Assembly: GCF_006345805.1 (NCBI RefSeq) | Contig: NC_042998.1 | Location: forward strand, 12,214,001-12,278,000 | Origin: Octopus sinensis | Lineage: Eukaryota | Length of the DNA: 64,000 bases | Reading direction: 5' to 3' | In this document: positions 11,394 through 22,599 of the stretch, piece after piece | How positions within the stretch are numbered: the first letter of the stretch is position 1 | Layout of the letters: each line of letters opens with the position of its first letter | Position numbers and translations under genes: made by a program | The notes under the pieces: generated by a model | What the model was told of the DNA's origin: nothing | The model's database searches: none | What the model saw: the letters and a program-made list of their open reading frames with translations, nothing else

Positions 11394-11676
11394 CAACAAT
11401 TGAGGGCAAAATTAATTAATTATTAATCAATTTCACCAAGTGTTCAGTATGCAAAGGGACCATTCAAGGCGAATTCAAATTATTACATTATATAAAAGGG
11501 CTTAGTAAAATAAATTACTTTGCCGCATACTGAACTCATTAGAAATAGCAGCTAAAAAACTTTTTTAAAGCTATTTCTAATACTTAAAGAAAATCTCTCT
11601 CATATATAGTGTTTGCTTAATTCAACTCACAAAAGTTTGGGGGTAAGGACATCGAAAAATCAAATGCTAAGGTATT

Positions 11677-11728
11677 TGAGAACGTACGTTTCAAGATTAG
11701 TCAAAACAACACTTCTATCATCAGCTCA
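11677..11728 (-). ncRNA. Type-I hammerhead ribozyme candidate (545-unit family)
   Basis: Reverse complement of 12168-12219. Confidence 0.7.
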
Positions 11729-12167
11729 GAAATTCCTTGGTTTGGATTTGGAAACACTGAAAATAAGAACATACCCTTTCGAAGATCTGCTCGTAACTAA
11801 CAGTGCCAACAAATTCAAATAAGCAAGCGAAGAATCTCTGTTCTCCCCTTTCCACCAGCGTGGGTTAAAATCATCAAACACTATGCTTATTTCGGTAAAA
11901 TCCGAAGCATTAATCAGAGGGAGATTAATTATAATTTCAACAATTGAGGGCAAAATTAATTAATTATTAATCAATTTCACCAAGTGTTCAGTATGCAAAG
12001 GGACCATTCAAGGCGAATTCAAATTATTACATTATATAAAAGGGCTTAGTAAAATAAATTACTTTGCCGCATACTGAACTCATTAGAAATAGCAGCTAGT
12101 TACGAGCAGATCTTCGAAAGGGTATGTTCTTATTTTCAGTGTTTCCAAATCCAAACCAAGGAATTTC

Positions 12168-12219
12168 TGAGCTGATGATAGAAGTGTTGTTTTGACTAAT
12201 CTTGAAACGTACGTTCTCA
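12168..12219 (+). ncRNA. Type-I hammerhead ribozyme candidate (GUU site after 12215)
   Basis: TGAG/CTCA helix I; CTGATGA 12172-12178; helix II AGA-AGT/ACT-AA-TCT under a U-U 10.1/11.1; GAAAC 12204-12208; palindromic ACGTACGT; GTT. Confidence 0.72.
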
Positions 12220-12712
12220 AATAACCTTAGCATTTGATTTTTCGATGTCCTTACCCCCAAACTTTTGTGAGTTGAATTAAGCAAACACTATATATGAGAG
12301 AGATTTTCTTTAAGTATTAGAAATAGCTTTAAAAAAGTTTTTTAGCTGCTATTTCTAATGAGTTCAGTATGCGGCAAAGTAATTTATTTTACTAAGCCCT
12401 TTTATATAATGTAATAATTTGAATTCGCCTTGAATGGTCCCTTTGCATACTGAACACTTGGTGAAATTGATTAATAATTAATTAATTTTGCCCTCAATTG
12501 TTGAAATTATAATTAATCTCCCTCTGATTAATGCTTCGGATTTTACCGAAATAAGCATAGTGTTTGATGATTTTAACCCACGCTGGTGGAAAGGGGAGAA
12601 CAGAGATTCTTCGCTTGCTTATTTGAATTTGTTGGCACTGTTAGTTACGAGCAGATCTTCGAAAGGGTATGTTCTTATTTTCAGTGTTTCCAAATCCAAA
12701 CCAAGGAATTTC

Positions 12713-12764
12713 TGAGCTGATGATAGAAGTGTTGTTTTGACTAATCTTGAAACGTACGTTCTCA
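12713..12764 (+). ncRNA. Type-I hammerhead ribozyme candidate (GUU site after 12760)
   Basis: Identical to 12168-12219, 545 nt downstream on the same strand. Confidence 0.72.
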
Positions 12765-13347
12765 AATAACCTTAGCATTTGATTTTTCGATGTCCTTACC
12801 CCCAAACTTTTGTGAGTTGAATTAAGCAAACACTATATATGAGAGAGATTTTCTTTAAGTATTAGAAATAGCTTTAAAAAAGTTTTTTAGCTGCTATTTC
12901 TAATGAGTTCAGTATGCGGCAAAGTAATTTATTTTACTAAGCCCTTTTATATAATATATATATATATATATATAATGCCAATCGGATAGAATTCGTTTAC
13001 TTTACACAGGTTTCGAACCTAAGTAAATTAGGATACCACAGAATCAAATGACAGGCTGATGCTTTTGGAAATGGGTGCCCGTTAAAACCGCAATTTTAAA
13101 CTGTTGCCGGTTTATGGATTGTAAACATAGACCAGACGTCATCACGCATAAGAATTCTGCGTATAATCTATTGAAGTTGCTAAAAGGAAGCGGAATAGCA
13201 TCTTATTTATATGGCGGCATTCTGTACGGGAATATGTAAATCCCTTTTGAAATTATCCAGATATTTTCATTTGCAAAACATAGCAGAATCTATGGCTGGA
13301 ACAATTTAGGACAGACCCGACTATATTGCATATAAATTGATTAATTA

Positions 13348-13732
13348 GAAGAACTCCGTCGGTTACGACGACGAGGGTTCCGGTTGATCCGAATCAACGG
13401 AACAGCTTGCTCGTGAAATTAACGTGTAAGTGGCTGAGCACTCCACAGACACGTGCACCCTTAACGTAGTTCTCGGGGATATTTAGCGTGACACAGAGAG
13501 TGACAAGGCCGGCCCTTTGAAATACAGGTACAAGAAAAAACAGGAAGTAAGAGTGAGAGAAAGTTGTGGTGAAAGAGTACAGCAGGGACCACCACCTTCC
13601 CCTGCCGGAGGCTCGTGGAGCTTTAGGTGTTTTCGCTCAATAAACACTCACAACGCCCGGCCTGGGAATCGAAACCGCGATCCTATGACCGCGAGTCCGC
13701 TCCCCTAACCACTGGGCCATTGCGCCTCCACA
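13348..13732 (-). mobile_element. tRNA-derived SINE family B, TSD-flanked
   Basis: A box TGGCCCAGTGG, B box GGTTTCGATTCC; TSD ATTGATTAATTA at 13336-13347 and 13734-13745; matches copies at 32540 and 61125. Confidence 0.9.
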
Positions 13733-14122
13733 TATTGATTAATTATCACTCTTACAGATGGTCAGTAGGACATATTATTCGATTCTACTAAGTGCAGTTA
13801 ACTTAGACAACATTTGTAGATATAAAACACGACCATTAACGGCTAAATGCTGTTTATCTGAAACAGAAACGCTTTCATTCATACACACATAAAAATAAAG
13901 AGTGATTTTATACGCATATATTCCGTATATTATTACCGGATATGTTAGGACGCCGAATTAATTGACATCTAGCATTTACATCACCTCATACATGTTTCAA
14001 TTTAAAAGTCTGCCGAGGGTAATTTTCACATTATTTTTCATGGAATCATAAAGTAGAGGGATTGATATAATCGCCTACATGCTCCGCCAAATTGTGAGAC
14101 GTCCCTTCTATTTTATAAATCA

Positions 14123-14517
14123 CTAGCAGTATCGCCCGGCGTTGCTCGGGTTTGTAAGGGAAATAACTATATAAGCATTTTTAGTGATATAAGTATAATA
14201 GCCATCTCAATATGGCTAACCACAAAGGTGGGGGGGTTACTGTAGCTTTTTACGTTCTGAGATTTAATAATAAATTTTTAGAGAGTTACTTCCCTTATAT
14301 ATGCCAAAAATGCATTAAAAATAGGAAAAATTGATGGTAATTTTTTTTTTAATCGTAGAATCATCGTAGACGCGCGCTAATACCCAGAAGAGCCCGATAT
14401 GAATCACGACTATAAGATACCCGGTTTTAGTTAAACTGCACCGCAAAATGTGGGACTAGTTAGGAATCTAAATCGTAGGAGACAGACTGCACACAACCTC
14501 ACTTTTATATATAAAGA
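14123..14517 (-). mobile_element. Non-autonomous Helitron
   Basis: Minus strand A|TCTTTATATATAAAAGTGAGGTTGTGTG...CCCGAGCAACGCCGGGCGATACTGCTAG|T; 3' end shared with 9694-10082. Confidence 0.85.
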
Positions 14518-14837
14518 TTATCACCATTGTCACAATCGTCACTAGTTTGACTGTTAGTCCTACAAAAGGCTGAAATAAATGCTAGCCAAACAAAACAAGG
14601 AAAGTCATTAACCTTTACATCAATCTTTACATGAATATTTATTAAAGTAATAACATCGCAGCTAAACACAAGTACGAACTCTAATTTTTTCTACACCTCT
14701 TATCAATCATTGATTAAAGCGAGTAGTTTGCTCCCCCAGATTCACATAGATGCCGCAATAGTGAGATTAACTGAAGTAGCAACAAGTTCTATATTTGTTT
14801 ATATATGTGTGTATGTGTGTGCGCGCGCACACACACA

Positions 14838-14927
<90 letters not shown>

Positions 14928-14929
<2 letters not shown>

Positions 14930-15048
14930 CGGCCTGCTCGCTTAGCCAGCGGGGTGGCGTCATTTGAAGGCTAAAACAATGCAAACGCATTGTGACCAGC
15001 GATGTTTTACTACATCTGATAGTCTGGTCGGTCACGTGATCACGTGAT
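14928..15048 (+). mobile_element. SINE-like 3' fragment between microsatellites
   Basis: Recognised from memory as an abundant octopus repeat (GCCTGCTCGCTTAGCCAGCGGGGTGGCGTCATTTGAAGGC); no second copy in the window. Confidence 0.45.
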
Positions 15049-15660
15049 ATATATATATATATATATATTGTATGTATATGTGTGTGTGACTAAGGATGTA
15101 TATAAGTGGGTATACGCAAAGATGGAAGGTGAGAGAAAGTGGTACTGAAAAGAAGAGAGAGAGAGAGAGAGAGAGAGACTGAGAGTTGCAGCACTTCTCA
15201 ATGTTCCTGTTATAATTGTGTTACTCGCTTTGCATGAGAGTATCTGTGTTCTACTGTTCTCACCACCACCAGTCTTCGTGAATATATAAACCACAGTCAG
15301 ATGTGAATGGATCCGCGATGGTGAGTATTCCAGTTGTTCGTTTTGAGAATTCCATATGCATTTGTAACCTAGCTTAATCTACACGTAGAGACAGCGTTAC
15401 GCATTATATGGCAAGGCGAGTTCTCTAAGATACATGTACAGTACATACTGGACTCCCATAATTTCTCTTTATCCAGTTTCAGACTTATTTCTACCAGATG
15501 TTGTGGTGATAAACAAAATATACTGATAGCGATGCGAATTTCTTAACGAGAGGACATCACCGGTGTTCTCTGTATGAACAAACTTGAGAATCATAAAGGT
15601 TATTCCAAAAATATAGTTGCAATCAAATATAAATTTTGTGTTTTAATAATTAGAAAAAAA

Positions 15661-15921
15661 TGTGAGAGTGCATGGCCTGCTGGGAAGGGAATTGCTCTTA
15701 TCATCATGGGTTCGAATTCCAAACCGGATGGTGCAATGTGTTCTTGAGCAAACCACTTCATCTCGCGTTGCTCTGCGATTGCTTCGACACCTGACATATG
15801 GCACGACGTACACCTGTACAGATAATGTCTATTTGATAGAAAAAGTGAGCTAATGTGTAGCAATTTGATCTCTACAAACAAATCATTAGCTTGTTTAACA
15901 AGAAATTGCGGAACCATCATT
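15661..15921 (+). mobile_element. Decayed tRNA/CORE-type SINE
   Basis: tRNA-like head (GCATGGCC..GGGTTCGAATTCC) followed by CORE-like TGTGTTCTTGAGCAA..CACTT. Confidence 0.6.
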
Positions 15922-17055
15922 CCCAGACTCGAGAAGCTACCATTTTACTGGCATCGTGACAAAATTTAAAACCAATAGTTATAAAAGAAATATAATGAAT
16001 CAGAAAACACAAAACTACATTTCTTTAGAAAACGTATCAACATATCTTAGCTTGATAAATAATGATTGTTGGCGACCTTTTTCTCTCAAACATTTGTTAA
16101 ATACCATTTCTTAATCACTGCATTGAATAAATCAGATTTTCAGTTTTGTTTTTTGCATATAAAATATGCTATTATTTATCTAAACAAAAATCTTGCCGTG
16201 GCGTGGGTTTAATCTTATTTTTCAACTAAAATGTATTTTAATTTGCAAGTGGATTTATCAGAAATAGTGCCAAATGTCACATTGAATAGTATTAATTTTA
16301 GGACTTAAAAAAACATCTTAAGGCATGAAATAAAAAGAGAACTTCAACTTAATAAGTTCATTTAAGAAGTATTATTTTAGATAAAACTTAAGTATGTTTT
16401 CTTTTTATATTAGGAAAAATGTTTAAAAAAACAACAAAAAATCTCACAGAATAGAAAATCCCCAATCATTTTGTCAGATTTAAGTAGCCTGGCTGTCAAG
16501 AAATATCTTTACTTAAATGTAATAGGTTCTTTATTCGACTTTTCAAGCCATTACAACCAAATAATTGGCAAAACGTGACGTGCTTATTTTTGGCAAAATG
16601 TTTTATCAGACTTTCATAAAATTATCAGTGTAGATTAAATTAAAACTTACAGTTTTGCAGACAATAAAAAAAAAGGTTATTTCAAATTTGTTCAATGAAT
16701 TTTCATTTCTATTATTCTGAAATACGGTGTATATAACTTGCTTGCACACGCGCGCACACACATACAAACAGACAGACAGAAAGACACCCAATTATATAGT
16801 CATTCTCGTTTGAAGCTTATTGTTCATTCTATTACATTTCAGAGTTTCCTATTTTCTACCTTAAGCCCAAGTCAGTCCAGCTATCTACATATTTATGTTT
16901 TTATGCATACATGTATATATATATATGACCTTGCTTGATACAAACAGCTAGTAGTCATAAAGGAGTGCCTTATGACAGCTGACTTTGTCATTGCTTATTA
17001 TTCACCAAAACTACACACACACACACACGCACGCACAAACACACTTGTCATCCTT

Positions 17056-17095
<40 letters not shown>

Positions 17096-17167
17096 CTTCC
17101 TTTTTTGAAACTCTCTTGCTTTTAAAAACCATGATTCGACTACCTCCCAACTTCTGTTCTTTCAACA

Positions 17168-17375
17168 TGTGATCTCTTGAGCACCACCAGCTCAAATATT
17201 TTTTCCTCTGTCTTTCCTTCTTGGGATCTTTCCTTCTCCTTGTTTCCGACGAAGAGCTCCGCTCGAAACGTTAAACCCTCCTTCCCTTCTTTCCTGAGCG
17301 TCAATAATACTTTAATTGTTCCACGTCCTGCGATGCTGTGTTTTTTCTCTTTTTTCTGTGTTTTCTTGTTTGGAT

Positions 17376-17390
<15 letters not shown>
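17168..17390 (+). mobile_element. Penelope-like terminal fragment with minimal hammerhead-like motif
   Basis: Pyrimidine-rich unit ending in (TA)n at about 17390; motif at 17242-17276; related in layout to 38420-38620. Confidence 0.55.
17242..17276 (+). ncRNA. Minimal hammerhead-like motif (U4C variant, GUU site)
   Basis: GTTT-CCGACGA-A-GAGC TCC GCTC-GAAAC-GTT-AAAC. Confidence 0.5.
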
Positions 17391-17415
<25 letters not shown>

Positions 17416-18569
17416 CGACTTGTGAATGTGTTAGCGTATTATTGTGCAACCTCAAATCGAAACCTAGACCTATGATCAAACTCGACTCCTCCATAAAAGA
17501 ATTACTCTTGTATTGTTTTCAATATACCCATTCCCTAAGTACGTTTTCCAATGTATTCTTTTTATTATTTTCTGTAAGACAGTTTAATGTAGCTTTAGGG
17601 AAATTCGGCTGCTGTTTCTTGCCGATGAAGTCGCCACGCAAAGACATTTTATGTTGGTTCAGTATTTGTTTTGAATTTATTCTTGCCCAGCTGTAGCAGA
17701 GCATGTAATGTATTGCAAACTTAATCATTCAGTGCTATCATGTTCTGTTTATATTACATAAATAAGCAATAATTTAAAAGACTTTTCCTTGGAATAAAAA
17801 GTACATTTCTTTGTTAATCTAAACGCTATTCACGTCGTTCTGTTAGTTTTATTCTTTATTTTTGGCAGCACTATATTTAGAAAAAATTCATTTATTTGCC
17901 TGAACTTCATTGTATTCCTAATTTCTGTGGCTGCATCATAAACTTGCAACTGTTTATAATTCAAATCACATTTATTCCCAAACGAATATATTGAAATATT
18001 AACTCGTTGAAGCAATTTGACGCTTGAATATAGAAATAATTCGTTTGTTTCTTCCATATCACGTTGTTTTGTTGTTTTTGTTTAGCAACATGATTGCCTT
18101 GATTCAGAACACTAATGATCAAAACCAAACATATACTACACTCATTTAATGCTAGCGGTATGTGATTTCAAAGAACTTGCTGCTATTGTCTAAATATACA
18201 AACACCAAAATAAATGGGTCCCTTCGTTGCTATACCACTGCGTGAAGATCTTATTCAACTCTCTTCTTACTCTAGCTACATCTATAAACTTATCAATATT
18301 TCAACATTTTAGCCATTATATATAAGCATATATCCATCTCTGAAAGCAATTCCTTGATATGTATATTATATATGCATTCATCATCAGTTTTCTGGTCGTG
18401 TCTATGTGACTCTGCTATTGAATATGAAGTGATAATTCTTTGACTCTGTAATTATTCCTTGTAATTTTAAAGCAACTTTACACAAAATCTGTGACTTTGT
18501 CATGAGTGATTCGCACTTTCTGCTTTTTATGCACTCAATCTGCTTTCTACTTTTTATGCATTCAGTCAT

Positions 18570-18742
18570 AGGCGCAGGAGTGGCTGTGTGGTAAGTAGCT
18601 TGTTTACCAACCACATGGTTCCGGGTTCAGTCCCACTGCGTGGCACTTTGGGCAAGTGTCTTCTACTATAGCCTCTGTCTAACAAAGCCTTGTGAGTGGA
18701 TTTGGTAGACGGAAACTGAAAGAAGCCCGTCGTATATATATG

Positions 18743-18783
<41 letters not shown>

Positions 18784-19000
18784 TTGTGTGTCTGTGTTTG
18801 TCCCCCTAGCATTGCTTGACAACCGATGCTGGCGTGTTTATGTCCCCGTCACTTAGCGGTTCGGCAAAAGAGACCGATAGAATAGAATAAGTACTGGGCT
18901 TACAAAAGAATAAGTCCCGGGGTCGAGTTGCTCGATTAAAGGCGGTGCTCCAGCATGGCCGCTGTCAAATGACTGAAACAAGTAAAAGAGTAAAGAGAGT
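18570..19000 (+). mobile_element. SINE family A, full length
   Basis: AGGCGCAGGAGTGGCTGTGTGG head through GTAAAAGAG tail. Confidence 0.92.
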
Positions 19001-19440
19001 CATCTTCCTGCAAAGAATAGATCCAGGATGGAAGTTATTATAAAATGTGAATCATGACTGATTGTCGTCGATCTCAAGCTTTGCATTTTATATTCAAATC
19101 TTGCCGAGAGCAATTTTTCAGAAATGTTTCACGTTATTACGTAGAATTGATAAGTTATATATACATTGGACTAATTCAATCGATTGCATATACATTTACT
19201 GTTCCAGTCGATATAAACCTGCAGTTATATCTATGTGCTATTATCACAAATCAATATTGGTTCTTATGAACTAGTTAAAAGTGATTTGTATCTTTTCGAA
19301 ATAGCAAGGAGGCGGTTTCGTTTTTCATATACTGTTCGATAACTATAGATAACTATATGTAGGCATACGCGCTCACACGTATACACACAAACACACACAC
19401 ACACACACGTGTATGTGTGTGGGTGTGTATGAGTATACCT

Positions 19441-19669
19441 ATTTCTTTATTACCCACAAGGGGCTAAAGACAGAGGGGACAAACAAGGACAGACATAGGT
19501 ATTAAGTCGATTACATCGACCCCAGTGCGTAACTGGTACTTAATTTATCGACCCCGAAAGGATGAAAGGCAAAGTCGACCTCGGCGGAATTTGAACTCAC
19601 AACGTAACGCAGACGAAATACCGCTAAGCATTTCGCCCGGCGTGCTAACGTTTCTGCCAGCTCGCCGCC
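19441..19669 (-). mobile_element. SINE family C (Meta/MESC-domain-like), TSD-flanked
   Basis: 16-bp TSD TGTGTATGAGTATACC at 19424-19439 and 19675-19690. Confidence 0.88.
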
Positions 19670-20104
19670 CTGGATGTGTATGAGTATACCGTGGAACACC
19701 GTGCATGCCACATAGTTCACTCAAAATTAGTCAGAATTATTACCATTTTAACGCATTTGTTTGTGCGTACTCGATTATTATTAACGATGACAATAAGCAA
19801 CATTCAATATTCACTATTGCTGCTGAAGACATGTTAACATATCTAACTAATAAGTTACACTCATGTCTAAATGAACTTAACGTATAATGCTCAAGTAACA
19901 GACAATTAATTTTTATGAGAACATCATATTAATTCTTTTCGAGTGGAATATCAATAGAAGTGATGGTAAATAAATCAATCCTGAAATCGGATTTGTTCGA
20001 GAACCTAAAAGTTGTGATTAATTTTTGATTTATTGGCAACAGAATGAGTTGAAGAGAAATCAACAAATATTCTTTATATACAAGCATAATTCATCTTGTT
20101 AATT

Positions 20105-20310
20105 CTGTCTACATGGCCTGAAATTTATAAACAAGAGTATCGATTACATCGTCTCCACGGACTAGCGGGCACATTATTTTATCGACCCCGAAAGGATGAA
20201 ATACGAAATCTACTACGACCGCATTTGAATTCATAACGTAAAACCTTAAAGAAATACCTCTAAACAATTTGGTTGGGGCGCCAGCGACTCTGCCAGTTCA
20301 CAGACGTTAA
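20105..20310 (-). mobile_element. Decayed SINE family C
   Basis: TTTTATCGACCCCGAAAGGATGAAA core and degenerate tRNA head. Confidence 0.6.
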
Positions 20311-20524
20311 TTTCAACGTCGTATTAATATTATTTGATTGAGAAATGAAGCCTAAAGCTGAATCTAGACAAAACACTCGTCAAAGTGTTATGAAGGAACA
20401 TTTGATAGAACATGTCATGTTCCTGGTATATCTTGATTATCTTCTTTCTTCTTTGTTTATAGCAGCAGGGCTTCATCTCGAAAAGTTTAGAACCGAAAAT
20501 AAACAAATCATATATCTTCGTACA

Positions 20525-20746
20525 CTCTCTTTTACTCTTTTACTTGTTTCAGTCATTTGACTGCGGCCATGCTGGAGCACCGCCTTTAGTCGAGCAAATC
20601 GACCCCGGGACTTATTCTTTTGTAAGCCCAGTACTTATTCTATCGGTGTCTTTTGCCGAACCGCTAAGTGACGGGGACGTAAACACACCAGCATCGGTTG
20701 TCAAGCAATGCTAGGGGGACAAACACAGACACACAAACACACACAC

Positions 20747-20819
<73 letters not shown>

Positions 20820-20985
20820 TATATACGACAGGCTTCTTTCAGTTTCTGTCTACCAATCCACTCACAAGGCATTGGTCAGCCCGGGGCTATAGCAGAAGAC
20901 ACATGCCCAAGATGCCACGCAGTGGGACTGAACCCAGAACCATGTGGTTGGTTAGCAAGCTACTTACCACACAGCCACTCCTGCC
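20525..20985 (-). mobile_element. SINE family A
   Basis: Reverse complement of the family A consensus seen in the window. Confidence 0.92.
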
Positions 20986-21434
20986 CCACTCCTGTATATA
21001 TTTTTTTCTTATTCATTCATAATAACATATCTATTTAAGTTATAACTATTAGTGATTCGTAAGTATTTCTTTCTTAAATGGATGTACATAATTATGATAC
21101 GTTGAACTTTCATATTACAAATATTGTTATTTTCTTCAATAAGTAATCACGCAGATTGCAGAACATAAAAAAATCTCAAGATGAATGCTACGATAATTGT
21201 CGTAAATATGATGAAATATGTTTTTAAACTTATTTAATTAATTGATGTCAGACACAATAAACTGATTATTGTGCTATTAGATGTATTGTGAATAATGGAA
21301 GTAGATATTATATACTGGGCTGCTAGGTATTGTTCATGAGATGGTTAATGTCAAATATCGGATGAGTGGGATGAAAAAAACATGTGTGGAAACTAACAAA
21401 CAATGAAGATTATTTAAAAAATATATAGAAAACA

Positions 21435-21507
21435 TTCTTCTTCTTCTTCTTCTTCTTCTTCTTCTCTTCTTCTTCTTCTTCTTCTCTTCTTCTTCTTCTT
21501 CTTCTTC

Positions 21508-21542
<35 letters not shown>

Positions 21543-21557
21543 TATCATTATTATTAT
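21435..21557. repeat. (TTC)n-(ATC)n-(TTA)n compound microsatellite
   Basis: Visible trinucleotide runs. Confidence 0.95.
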
Positions 21558-21842
21558 TCAGTAGTTTTATTTTTATAGCGTGCTTTCACTTCACTACCGA
21601 GCGCAGCTCTGTGTGCCTTGGGTATGTGCTGTGATTTGTTGTGATGCTCTGATGGTTATTGTATGGAAAGTGTTCTGCGTAGGATGTGTGCAGTGCCTAG
21701 TAGTGCAATTTTCTGTATGTTATATGTGTTTGTAAGTCCTGGTGTTTTTGTTATGTATTTGTCTGAATATTTTTTTATCCTGCCTAATGCACCTACTATG
21801 ATAGGAATTGTTTCTGTTTTCAGGTTCCACATTCTAGTTACC
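21558..21842 (-). mobile_element. R4/Dong-clade non-LTR retrotransposon 3' end
   Basis: Minus-strand translation VTRMWNLKTETIPIIVGALGRIKKYSDKYITKTPGLTNTYNIQKIALLGTAHILRRTLSIQ*; (TAA)n on both sides. Confidence 0.8.
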
Positions 21843-21898
<56 letters not shown>

Positions 21899-22244
21899 GG
21901 TAGCTGGAGGTGCGTTTTTGGAGCACTGTAAGTTTATGACTAAATCACTTGTTTAAAACGTTCTATACTGCATTTTGTTGCTTAAATCGTTTTGCAAGCC
22001 AGTTGCCCTTCTGGGGCGAGTGTGTGGGTGCTGCCTTTTATTAACCAAAACCCCATTTTGGTGGTGATACAAGTCATTTTATTTTCCAGTTTCTTCGAAA
22101 ATTTGCTTCGAAGAAAGTAAACATTGAAAATGGCGACGAAAAACGGAAGTAAGGAAGTAAGGTGGTACAGCCATTTGCACGAGGACTTCCTCTTCGTCCC
22201 CATTATGATTGGCAGAAGACAACAGGAGGAAAAGAAGGAATGAA

Positions 22245-22385
22245 CAGAAGAAGAAGAAGAAGAAGAAGAAGAAGAAGAAGAAGAAGAAGAAGAAGAAGAA
22301 GAAGAAGAAGAAGAAGAAGAAGAAGAAGAAGAAGAAGAGAAGAAGAAGAAGAAGAAGAAGAAGAAGAGGAGGAGGAAGAAGAAGT
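22245..22385. repeat. (GAA)n microsatellite
   Basis: About 30 GAA units; source of the spurious poly-R/K/E/F/S ORFs in the track. Confidence 0.97.
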
Positions 22386-22599
22386 GAAGAGTCAAGAAAA
22401 GAAGAAACAAGATGAAAAGCAGAAAGAAGACGAGAAGAAGGAAGAAGTAAAATTTTCCTCACTACATGGAAATTGTAGTAGCACGAAGAATATTGAAAGC
22501 AGCTGCTGATACAAAGAGTCTAACAAAAATGGAGTTAGCGACGGGAAACAGACCTTTGCAAATATCGCGGCAGCTATGGAATTTGGAGAACAAAATAGA

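Larger units (their letters stand above)
11387..12955. mobile_element. Hammerhead-bearing 544/545-bp unit in tandem plus inverted, circularly permuted arrangement
   Basis: ATAATTTCAACAATTGAGG at 11387 and 11931; orientation switch at 12097-12098; reverse arm about 1.6 units to 12955; (TA)n on both sides. Confidence 0.9.

Noticed and set aside
11613-12829. Repeated 62-75 aa ORFs within the 545-bp unit
   Set aside because: TTG starts, no recognisable domain, and one is frameshifted between copies; they recur only because the DNA is repeated.
10160-12955. Tandem and inverted repeats read as a CRISPR array
   Set aside because: Eukaryotic context, units of hundreds of bp, no repeat-spacer alternation and no cas genes.
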